Shown piece after piece: positions 12,762-24,500 of a DNA stretch of 64,000 nt. Location of the stretch: NCBI GenBank assembly GCA_964016885.1, contig OZ024743.1, forward strand, positions 147,312,001 to 147,376,000, written 5' to 3'. The position numbers were made by a program, and so were the translations under genes. This DNA is from Eledone cirrhosa. Taxonomy: Eukaryota. The notes under the pieces were generated by a model, which did not search any database, was not told where the DNA came from, and was given only the letters and a program-made list of their open reading frames with translations. The first letter of the stretch is position 1, and every line of letters begins with the position of its first letter.

Positions 12762-12885
12762 CTACTACCACCACCACCACCACCACCACAATCACCACCA
12801 AGAAAACCGCCGCTTTTTACTACTACTACTACTACTACTACTACTGCTGCTGCTCCTACTGCTGCTGCTGCTGTTGTTGTTGTTG

Positions 12886-12935
<50 letters not shown>
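12762..12935. repeat. Compound trinucleotide microsatellite (ACC)n/(TAC)n/(TGC)n/(TGT)n
   Basis: Directly visible. Confidence 0.95.
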
Positions 12936-12970
12936 GAAATCAACAAACGTACCATCAATTACCATAATAA

Positions 12971-15900
12971 TGGTTTCTTTATTTGCCACAAGGGCTGACA
13001 CGAAGAAAATCATTCGAGACGGCACAGAACAGTACAGGACGATAGAAAGTGGGTTTTGGTCGTGTAAACAGATTATAACAAAGGTGGGCTAGAAATCAAA
13101 AAAATTCAAACAACAAAAAATACCCCAAAAGAGGGAAATCTCCGAGGGTCACTCGTAGCGAAAACCACACGTAAAGGCCACGGCCACCCTGACCACCAGG
13201 GCAAGCGTCCTCTCTCAGTTTTACCACTCCTCAGGCTACAGTCGCCACTTTCACCCACCTTTCAACAAACTTACTAGAAGACAGCACTTGCCTCTCCACC
13301 CTGATTTTCCTCTTCAAGTGAAACTTAAAAAAAGTTAATCTGGGATTGGCCGGAGAGGAAAGTTTCCGCCTTCAACACTTTCAACCTTGTCCACCATACA
13401 ATCTCTTTCGCCATGGCCACTATGCAGATGAAAACTGCCTGCCCTTCCTTCTCTTTAAAGGAGGATGGTGGGGCTATCTGCACAATGAACTCAGTCGATA
13501 ACCGAATCCGTCCTACACGCGACTGTTCGACACAGTTCCACAAGTCAGCAATCCTCGGGCACTGAACGAGTGCGTGCAGGACGGGTTCGTCACCCTGCAC
13601 GCATATCGGACAGGCTCGGCTGCCAGCACCTTCGTGCCTGTAGAGCTTAACCCGAACCGGCAACGGCCACCGGTAGCACTGCCGGGCCAGGGATTTCTGG
13701 AAGTTGTCCATAGGCCCCGGGCTGAAAGTTCTCTTGAAGAGAGCGAACAGCTGATCGTCTTCGACGCCCAGGGTCTACCCGAGAACGTCGTCGCTCTTCC
13801 CCTCCACTAGCCCTCTATAGAACGCCGAGGTGGATGTTCCACCGATATCAGTGCCCAGCTGGGAGAGGGCGGTGAGCGCTTGGATACATTCCAGCTTCCA
13901 AGCGCTGTCCCTCGGTCTTTTCCTGATCCAGGACTGTAGCTCCACCAAGGAGACGAGCCGAGGAAAAACTTGTCTGGCAAACGGCAACCACACCTGTTCA
14001 CCATCAAGTAAGCATCAGAGATGTCGCAGCCTCAGCGCATGTTTTCGAATCATCAGCCACGACATGCCCAGTCCTCCACGGAACGGGTGCTGACAGCAGA
14101 TGGATCGTCTGACCATGGAAGCACGTCCATTCCACAAAAAGAGAAAGAGAACGCGCTCCATTTTGGTCAGAGTTGGATGGGGAAAGGTACGACGGTCAGG
14201 CGGTAGCAGATGACGGACGCATTCGCTACCTCCGCCCGACCTTTCAGGGACAGCTTCCTCTCGGCCCATTTCTGGGTGAGGGGGGCCACCTTCCTCGTCA
14301 CCTCGCTCCAGATTTTCTCCATCTGGAGGTCCGGTCAGAACCAGACCCGAGGAATTTAACTGGTTCTTCCCCCCCCCCCCCCCAGTGTCCCACAAGGGTG
14401 TCGGACGGCATGGAATTGCCTCTCCAGGTGCCGAGTTGCAAGCCCACCGATTTTCCTGGTTTATCTTTGCTCCTGTCACCGCTTATTCCCTGAGAGCGGT
14501 GCCGACCATCTGGACGTGTTTGGTGCTCGACACCACCACAGTGACGCCGTCGGCGTAGGCCGACACAGATCTCCCGTATCCCAGTTCGGGAGGTACCCCC
14601 CTAATGGGTTCCAATTTGTGCAGTAATAGCTCGAGGGCCAGTACGTACAAGAGGGAAGAGAGGAGACAATCACGGCGGACTGAGCGCATGATGCTGAACG
14701 GCTGTGCATCGCAGCGAACCAACCCCTAAAAATGGGCCCGAGGTCGGCCACCTGTAGGACCGCAACCAAGTACCGATGGTCGACCCTATCAAATGCTTTA
14801 GATTGATCCAGGTTGATCAGGGCCCCACCCATGCAACGTTCTTTAACCACCCTCTACGATGTATCGCATGAGGTGGAGGTTGTTGTGCATGGATATGTCC
14901 GGAATGGTGCATGACTGCGCCTCTCCCACCAGATCACCGACGCCAAGCGCCAATCTCTTTGCTAACACCTTGCCCAAAATCTTGAACTCTTCGTTTAGCA
15001 GAATTATGGGCTTGAAGTTGTTTATAACAACCCCCGTGTTCGGGTCTTTTCTCTGCAGCGTCACCGCTCCCCGGCTCATAAACTGGGAATGTTTCCGTCC
15101 TGCTGCCAGTTGCAGTAGATATCTGCCAAGAGGTCGCCGAACAAGTCTGGAATGTACGCATAAATCTCGTAGGAGCAGACCATCCAAACCAGGCGATTTT
15201 ACCCCCCGTGCAGTCAGACACCGCTTCCCGTATTTCACCTGCTGTTATCGGCTTTTCGCAGCCCTGCGCTGCAGTAGTCGAGAGTCGCGGCAGTCCGTCG
15301 AGGTATGCACCGAAGTCCACACTTGGATCCGGCCCTCCGCTGCTCCCGAACAATTGAGCAAAGTGCTGTTGAAAAGCGTCACACATCTGCTCGGGTTCGA
15401 GCAGCATGCACCCGTTTTAATCAGGCAAGGACCGAACTGTGGATTTGTCGTGCCTCCACCACTCGGGCACATTGAACAGCTTTCGTGCCCTCGTGTCTCA
15501 GAGCACGCGCTTTAGCTCTGAGAACGCATCCTTATGCTTTGCGTTCAAGAATTGGTCGAGTGCCAATCTCGCCGCAAGCACGTCGGTTGCGATGCCTGTC
15601 CTAAACGCCTCTTCTCGCTTTCTAACTAGCTCTCTCTCTACTCTATTTTCCTCAATCACTACTTATCGATTCTACACTAATAGCCCTTTTTAGGGTAAAC
15701 CACCACCTGTTGTGACGATCGCACCCGTCAACGCACGCTTAACTAATTCGCTAATCCGGTTTCTGTAAGCTTTGCCCACTGGGAACGACGCGTTCAGCTT
15801 CCAGTAATCGGGCCTTGCCTATGGAGTCTATCTAAGTCAACTTCACAGATCACAAATTTGTAGTCCATGAAGTTGACAACTTTAAATTGTGGACAGCCTA

Positions 15901-18708
15901 CTCTAGCCTTATCTGTTTCCCTACCGAATAACCTATCTAAATACGATCTGCATGACCAAATGCGGTTTGCCCGTGACCACATTGGCACATTCGGATAATC
16001 CAGTCTATACCTGTCAGACAATTCAAAACATCTGAGCAGGTTGTTGAGGCTTTTACACCCTCTTCCTCTGTCTTCTAGCTCCACTTAATCCCAACATGCA
16101 TCTAAGATACCGTTCCAGTAGCCCACTAACACTAAAGAGTGGGACGTTCAAAGAAAGGTCTCTAGACGTCTGAAGAAATCTGGCCGTCCTGCCCCAGTTG
16201 GGGCGTAGACGGCTACTAGCCTGAAAGCATTGCCTTCACTGCCGGTCACGTCCATCACCACTGACTTACCTTCTGGGTCTAAGAAGATGGCCCGTATGGC
16301 GAGATCCAAGCCTCTCCGAAAAAGGACGGCAACCCCTCCCCCCGATCCTGGCCGGCAGGGAGATGCGTATACATCGTAGCCGCCGAAGATCGGTGCGAAG
16401 GCTCGTGCTTCGGAGATTCTGGTCTCGCTGATGGCCACCACATCTATGTTTAGTGACCTGAGGTCGTTGAGCAGGTGACCCTGCTTCCAAGATGACCCCA
16501 GGCCACGTACATTTATACTGTCTATTCTAAGTACGGCCATGCTGGATGAGGAAACTGGGTAAGTGAGAAAGGATTACTTACCTTGATCGTGTGGTGAAGG
16601 GTCAGTAGAACCGTCCCTTCGGCTGGTCATGGGTGTCTCCAAGATGTTATTGGTATATATTCTTTTGGAGAGTGACCCCTGAATTCTCCAACTGCTTTGG
16701 AGAATTTTTGCTTTAATTGTTTGTCTTCCAGTTTAATTTCGACAATTGTAATGTATTTGGGTAACGTTCTTTGTGGTGGTGGAGTGTGGTAATTTGAGTC
16801 TGTAATGTCTGTGTGTTGTCTTATATGTTCCATTAATCCTTTGTGTGTGATATTTATGGCTGTGTACTTTTTTGGGGGAGTGTTGATTTTGTTGTTGTTT
16901 TCTTGTTGTTGCTGTTGGGTGTGTGTGCTTCGTTGTGTTTGCGATGTTGGTGTTTTGGGTGATGTTGGTGGTGGTGTGGTTGTTGTTTGTGGTGATGCTT
17001 GTGGTGGTGATGGTGATGGAGGTAGTGTTTCTGCAAGTCTCCTTGCAGCCTTTACCCCTCTTTCTTTGCTTTCGCTTCTGGAGGGAGAAGCTGTGGTGTT
17101 TTTGCGTTTGTTCTTTTTGTTGACAACCGTTTTTCACCCGTCAGCTGCCTCATACTCCCTGTTCGACAGTGAGAGGTCGAGGAGGAGTATGAGTTGTACC
17201 CTCTCATTTGTCTTTATTGTTGTTGTTGTTGGTGGTGGTGGTGGAGCCTGGTCTACCGTTATTGGTACAGGTGCAGCTAGTGCAACTGTTTCTGTTGCTG
17301 CAATTGCCACCGCTGTTTTTGTTGTCCGTGGCTTTGGTGTGGGTGCCACGGACGTTGTCCTCCTATTCTCTGTAGAATCTCCCGATCTTTTCGCTGACTG
17401 CTCTGTTTCTGATGGCAGCGGTTTCGGTATTGGAAGGAGGGGGACCTTAGCTTTTGTTATTTTCTGTGGGCAGAAAGCTCTGAGATGAGACTTCGATCCA
17501 CAGTTGAAGCACTTTGAGCGCCTACCTTCCACAGGTATGGGAAGTTGGGAGCCATTCCCGAGCCAGTCCTGGTCCGTTTGGATGAGCATCTCCATTCCAA
17601 TACCGGACCAGTCCTCTCTCCCCAACTTCTTTACTTGCAGAATGGTTGTTCTGTCCTCGATGGCCGCAAGAACAGACACGACCAGCCAAGGCACGGGTAC
17701 GTAGGGCGGGACCTGGGTTACTCTGACCTTTGCAATTTTTTTCCCCGCTGTAAAAGGTGACTAACGTTATATCATCACTCCGTAGGGTCTTCAGTGAGTG
17801 CGATTTTGCTTACTGGGTGGTAGCAAAAAGGACGTCCATAGTAGCATATTTCTTGCTATGGGTAATATGGGTTTTCCGTGCTCACACAGTTCCTAAGGCC
17901 TTCTGGATCCGTAGAAATTGTGCGGTATGACACTGTGTGTCGCTTTTGTTCTTCCAGGAAGTCGGTTGGTGGTTTCAAGGACACTGAAAATTCAGATCTG
18001 GTTACCATGTGTCTTGCGACCGCCATCTCCTCCTTGTGACCAAGACTGTTTCCATGTTGCGAGCCACCTTTGCAAAAGAGATGGTCTCTTTTTCAGTGGC
18101 ATCATTGTTGCCGCTGCTATTGTTGCTACAGGTCTTGTTGTTGTTGGTGCTGTTGTTGTTGCTACTGCTACAAACGGTGTTGTTGGTGTTGCTGCTGCTG
18201 CTGCTACTGCTACCACAGGTGTTATTGTTAATACTGTCACTGCTGCTGCTACCTCCTTTGTTATCAAATGCATCAGCAGCAGCCGATTCTCGACCGCCGC
18301 TTGATGAAGAAGAGAAAGAAATGGCCTTTACCTGACTTTCATTATGTGACGATGAAGAAGAGAAAAGGAAAGCGAGACACCACGCTGATACCTGGGTAAA
18401 GAAAGAGAATGCTGAGAAGGATACCTTGGTGAAAGAGTAATTTTTGTGTGGAGACATGGTAGAGCAACAGATTTTTTGAATGACGCCATTTTTCATTTTT
18501 TTTTTTTTGGCGGGACCCATTTGCTAAATGCAAAGTTCAAATTGGAATTTAGCCCCGAAGGGCTAAATGCCGATAAATTTCGACCACCTCAAAAGAAACG
18601 GGGTGTTTAAATACAAAACAATATAATGTTTTACAATAATTTCGCAATAAAAACTGTTCAAAAATCACAAACTTACGGTAACAAAACTTCCTGCGACGTG
18701 TATACTTC
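12971..18708 (-). mobile_element. Tx1-clade retrotransposon copy D (near full length, frameshifted)
   Basis: ORF2 starts MAVLRIDSINVRG at 16540, followed by APE, RT (SAYADG) and zinc finger. ORF1 knuckle CFNCGSKSHLRAFC. The 3' end reads CCCTTGTGGCAAATAAAGAAACCATTATT. The 5' end abuts (CCA)n(CAA)n(AAT)n. Confidence 0.9.
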
Positions 18709-18753
18709 CACCACCACCACAACAACAACAACAAGAATAATAATAATAATAAC

Positions 18754-18791
<38 letters not shown>
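18709..18791. repeat. (CCA)n-(CAA)n-(AAT)n microsatellite between elements
   Basis: Directly visible. Confidence 0.95.
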
Positions 18792-18794
<3 letters not shown>

Positions 18795-19013
18795 CTTTCA
18801 TTATGTGACGATGAAGAAGAGAAAAGGAAAGCGAGACACCACGCTGATACCTGGGTAAAGAAAGAGAATGCTGAGAAGGATACCTTGGTGAAAGAGTAAT
18901 TTTTGTGTGGAGACATGGTAGAGCAACAGATTTTTTGAATGACGCCATTTTTCATTTTTTTTTTTTTTTGGCGGGACCCATTTGCTAAATGCAAAGTTCA
19001 AATTGGAATTTAG
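18792..19013 (+). repeat. Near-perfect direct duplication of 18333-18552
   Basis: Identical by eye except for the length of a poly-T run (220 vs 222 bp). Confidence 0.95.
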
Positions 19014-21545
19014 AGGAACTGAAGCAACGCATTGTAGCAAAGAGTGCAAAAATCAGGCGATACGAGAACAGAGTCAGTCAGTATAAACAGAACCGTATGT
19101 TCGACAACAACCAGAAGATGCTGTTTGGACAGCTTGAGGGGAAAGAAAGAGGCAACGACTTGATCCCTGGGGCGGAACAAACTAAAACATTCTGGAGAGG
19201 AATATGGGAGCAGGATGTTAGACATAATGACCAGGCAGGGTGGATTGAGACAGTACAGAGGGAGATCGGTGAGCAGGCACACCAACAAACTGATTTGAGT
19301 ATCACAGTTGAAACTCTTAAGGGACAGGCCAAAAAACTAACCAACTGGAAATCACCAGGCCCAGATGGTGTGCAGGGGTATTGGATTAAAAATTTAACAT
19401 CCCTCCACCCGAAGCTGACGGCCATGTTCAATGACTGCTTGGTGTCGGGTGAGGTGCCAGAGTCGTTGACAAAAGGTACCACAGTTCTGATAATGAAAGA
19501 CCGAATCAAGGGTGATGATGTTACCAACTATAGACCTATCACATGTCTGTCCGTAATCTTGAAACTGTTGACGAGCATTGTGTCTGAGGAAATCTACCAT
19601 CACCTCCACACAAACAACTTGTTACCGGACGAACAGAAAGGATGCCGAAAGAAGTCACGTGGTACATATGACCAGTTACTTATTGATAAGATGGTAATGG
19701 GGAATTGCAGGAGGAGACACACTGATCTTGCCATGGGATGGATAGACTACAGAAAGGCATTTGACATGGTGCCTCATTCTTGGATCACCAAAAGCCTGGA
19801 GATCTTCAAGGTGGCAGATAACATCAGACAGTTGCTGGGCAGGAGTATGGGGTCCTGGGAGACAGAGTTGACATCAACTGGAGAATCCTTGGGAAGCGTG
19901 AAGATCAAGAGATGTATCTTCCAGGGAGATAGCCTGTCCCCTCTGTTGTTTGTCCTTGCCCTGATGCCCTTGACCAATTTTGCTGCGAAAAGTGAGAGCA
20001 GGATACAAGTTGGGAAAGGGAGAGCTTACCATCAATCCCCTCCTCTTCATGGACGATCTTAAGCTCTTCGGGAAGAGTGAGAAGGAGTTGGATGTGCTTG
20101 TTGACACTGTCCGTATTTTCAGCAGTGATATATGTATGCAGTTTGGTATTAGTAAATGTGGAGTCATTGTGATGGGGAGGGGAGGTTGAGCAGAAGTAAC
20201 GGAATCCAGATACCAACAGGTGAGATGATAAAGGAAATTGACTCTGAGGAAGGATACAAGTATTTGGGCGTTCTGGAGGCTGATGGCATAAAGAACAAAA
20301 AAATGAAGGAATTGTTAAGAACTGAATACATTCGGAGAATAAGGAGCGTATTGAAGTCACATCTGAACAGCAGAAATGCCATAAGCGCAGTAAATTCCCG
20401 AGCTGTGTCTATTATTAGGTACAGTGCGGGAATTCTGAACAAAAAGAAATGGATAGGAAGACTAGGAAGCTATTGACTATCTACAACATGTTCCACAAGA
20501 GGAGTGATGTCGATAGACTCTACCTAAGGAGATCTGAGGGTGGAAGAGGTCTTATCAGCATAGAGGACTGTGTTCAGATGGAGAAAAACAACCTATACAA
20601 ATACGTGACTGATAGTAAGGAGCCAATGCTCAGAACTGTACTGAAGGAGGGGACAGTAGGCCAGGGGATGTCCAAGGATGAAATAACATCAAGGAGAAAG
20701 AGCAGCCTTCAGGGAAAATCCCTTCATAGAACCTTCTTTGAGAAAACTGAATTTAGAGATCCACAGACATGGAACTGGTTGAGAAGAGGAGACCTCAAAA
20801 AGGCTACAGAAGGAATGCTAATGGCTGCGCAGGAGCAGGCCCTCAAAACGAAGTGGTTGAAGCACCATATTTACAAGGAGGAGGCTAGCCCACTGTGCAG
20901 GATCTGTGGAGAGAGAGAGAGCAGACTGTGGCTCACATTGTATCCGAGTGTAAACACCTAGCCCAGACCCACTATAAGGGCTGGAGACATGATGTGATGG
21001 GTAGGGTGATCCACTGGCACCTGTGCAAAGTAAACAATTTACCATATTCTGAGAAATGGTATGAGCATAGGCCAGAGGCGGTGATGGAGAACGATCAGGT
21101 GAAGGTGCTGTGGGATTTTAGGATACAGACGGACAAGAAACTGGAACACAATAGACCTGACCTGGTGGTTGTGGACAAAGAAAAAAGATCGTATCTGATT
21201 GTGGATGTGGCCTGCCCATTCGACACGAGAGTACAAGAGAAGGAGAGGGAGAAAATTAACCGATACCAGGACCTAAAGTGGGAGGTGAAAAAGATTTGGA
21301 ATTGCCATGAAGTCAAAGTGATCCCGATTGTCATAGGCGCACTGGGGACTATCTCCAAAAGTTTCCAGGGATGGTTAAAGAAAATCGGCCCCTTCACGCT
21401 TTTTGGAACGCTTCAAAAGGCATGCTTGCTGGGAACAGCAAGAACCCTCCGATACGTCCTGAATATCTGAGGCTGCAGGTAGTGGCTTGATATTCATTCC
21501 AACGGACTTTCCAGTTAACTAACATCAATGACTGAGACTCAAGGA
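19012..21545 (+). mobile_element. R4/Dong-clade non-LTR retrotransposon (RT + restriction-like endonuclease), 5'-truncated and frameshifted
   Basis: RT motifs KSPGPDG, NYRPITCL, WIDYRKAFDMV, IFQGDSLSPLLF, LLFMDDLKL and YKYLG. CCHC CRIC..HIVSEC, RHD, and RPDLVVVD..IVDVACP..EKINRY nuclease motif. The 3' end runs into (AAT)n. Confidence 0.9.
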
Positions 21546-21562
21546 ATAATAATAATAATAAT

Positions 21563-24500
21563 GATTTCTTTATTAACCACAAGGGTTTACATAAAGTAGA
21601 CATTAAGGACAGTGCTGGACAATGCAGGACGGTACAAATGGGCATTTCTGCGTGTAAAAAAAAAACAAGAAACAGAGGATGTAATAATAGAACAATGAAA
21701 AAATTCCCCAATAGGGGGGAGACTTCCGAGGGACATTCGTGGAGAAAGCCCATTAAAAAGCCACAGTGACACTCACCACCAGGGCAAGTGCCCTCTCCCA
21801 GTTTTCCACCCTTAATTTACAGACACATACTCAGAGTAGGCCCATTCACTCGGGCCATTCTTGCCTCTCTCACCCATCTTTCAACAAAATGCTGGGAAGA
21901 GAGCACTTCCCTTTCTACCCTGATTTTCCTTTTCAAATGAAATTTGAAAAAGTTAATCAGGGCATCACCGAAGAGGTAAGTGCTCGTCCTCAGCCCTTTC
22001 AAACGTGTCCACCATACTATCTCTTTCGCCATGGCCACCAGACAGATAAAAGCTGCCTGCTCTTCCCGGCTAAAGGAAGAGGGCGGGGCAATCCTCACGA
22101 TGGACTCAGCTGATAGCTGGATCCGTCCTATACGCGACAGCAGGTGTTCGACATAAACCCACCAGTCAGCAATGCGCGGACACTGGACGAGTGCGTGCAG
22201 GACGGTTTCGTCGCCCTGCGCGCATCTCGGACATGCCCGGCTCACGGCACCTCCATGCCTGTAGAGTTTATCCCGAACTGGCAAAGCTCCTCGGTAGCAC
22301 TGCCAGGCCAGGAATTTCTGGAAGTTGTCCATAGGCTCCGGCCCGAAAGTTCTTCCGAAGAGATTGGCTAGTTGATTTTCGTCGACGCCTAGAGTTTCCC
22401 TAAGTACGTCGTCACTCTTCCCCTCCACTAATCCTCTATAGAACGCCAAGGTAGAGTTTCCACCGATCACATTGCCCGATTGGTCGAGGGCTGTGAGCGC
22501 CTGAAGACATTCCAGTCTCCAAGCACTCCCTCTCGGTCTTCGCTTGACCCAGGACTGCAACTCCGTCAAGGAGACGAGCTGGGGAAAGACGCGACTAACA
22601 AACGGCGACCACACCTGATCACCGTCGAGGAAGAGGTGGAGATGTCGTAGCCTGAGCGCGTGTCTGCGCATCATCAGCCACGGCATTCCAAGCCTTCCAC
22701 GTAGCGGGTGTTGACAGCAGATGGACCGCCTGACCATCGGAGCGCGTCCCTTCCGCAAAAAGCGAAAGAGCAAACGCTCCAGCACAGTCAGGCGGGGATT
22801 AGGACAAGGTACGACGTCAGCCGGTAGTAGATGACGGACGCGATATACGCGTTAGCCACCTCCGCTCGACCTTTCAGGGATAGCTTCCTCTCGGTCCATT
22901 TCTGAGTGAGAGAAGCCACCCTGCTCGTCACCTCGTCCCAGTTTTTGTCCGTCTGGAGATCCGGACCGAACCAGACCCCTAGCAATTTAACCGGTCCGTC
23001 CGTTCAGCGCCCGACGACGCTGTTGGACGGCATGGATCTGCCTCTCCAGGTGCCGAGCTGTAGGCCCACTGACTTTTCCTGGTTGATCATTGCTCCTGTC
23101 ACCGCTTCGTATTCTCTTAGTGTAGTGCCGATCTCCTCGATGTATTTGGCGTTCGACACCACTACGGTGACATCGTCCGCATATGCTGACACGGATCTGC
23201 CGCATCCTAGTTCGCGCGGGACCCCGCTCAACGTCTCCAGTTTGTGCAGTAATGGCTCGAGAGTCAATACGTATAAGAGAGACGAGAGGGGACATCCTTG
23301 GCGGACCGAGCGCATGATGTCGAACGGTTCCGAAAGGTGACCGTTCACTCTCACCATAGAGTAGATGTCGCTGTGCATGGCAGCGATCCAGCCTCTAAAG
23401 ACGGGCCCAAAGCCAGCCGCCCTCAGGACTGCCGCTAGGTACCGATGGTCGACCCTATTGAAAGCTTTCGACTGATCTAAATTGATCAAGGACCCACCCG
23501 TGCCTAGTTCCCTAGCTACCCTCTCTACGATGTATCGCATGAGGTGGAGGTTGTCGTGGATGGATCTGTCGGGAATGGCGCATGTCTGCGCCTCTCCCAC
23601 CAGACCACCAACGACAAGCGCCAACCACTTTGCTAGCACCTTGGCCAAAATCTTTAACTCTGTGTTTAGCAGAGTTATGGGCCTAAAATTATCTATGTTA
23701 TCCCCCTTGTTCGGATCCTTTCTCAGCAGCGCCACAGCTCCTCGGCTCACAGAGCTGGGAATTCTCCTGTTCTGTTGCCAGTTGCAATAGACATCCGCCA
23801 AGAGGCCTCCGAACAAATCTGGCATCTGTACGTAAAGTTCATAGGGCAGACCATCCAAACCAGACGATTTAACCCTTGTGCAGCCAGTCATTGCCTCCCG
23901 TACTTCAGCGGCTGTTATCGGCTTTTCGCAACACTCCGCCTCAGTGGCTGAGAGCCGCGGCAGTCCGTCGAGGTAGACACTAAAGTCCATCCCTCGATCC
24001 GGCCCGCCGCTGCCCCCGAACAGCTGAGCGAAGTGTCGCTGAAAAGCTTCACACATTTGCCCGGGATCGAGTAGCATGCGCCTGTCGTGGTCCACCAAAG
24101 ACCGGATCGTGGCTTTGTTGCCACGACGCGCCTCCGCCAGTCGGGCCCATTGGACGGCTTTCGTCCCCTCGTGTCTGAGAGCACGCACCCTAGCTCTGAC
24201 AACGCAGCCTTCGTGCTTTGCATTGAAGAATTGGTCAAGGACCAATTTCGCCACAAGTATCGGTCGCGATGCGTTTGCTAAGCGCCTCGTCTAATTGTCT
24301 AACTAATTCTCCCTCTGCCCTATTTTTCTCTATTGCTAAAGCCTTACTAAACGTAATGGACTCTATTATAATTGCTCTTTTCAGAGCAAACCACCACTTG
24401 TTGTTGACGATGGCCACCGTCAACGCCCGCTTAACTAGTTCGCTAATCCGGTCTCTCTAGGCCTTGCGCGCTGGTAAGGACGCGTTTAGCTTCCAGTAGC

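Noticed and set aside
12107-12967. ORFs of [12 protein letters not shown] or poly-T/S type here and at 30, 40 and 56-58 kb
   Set aside because: They are translations of microsatellites.
18989-20062. Intact 357-aa RT gene
   Set aside because: The ATG comes from duplicated flanking DNA and the frame shifts before the catalytic DD motif.
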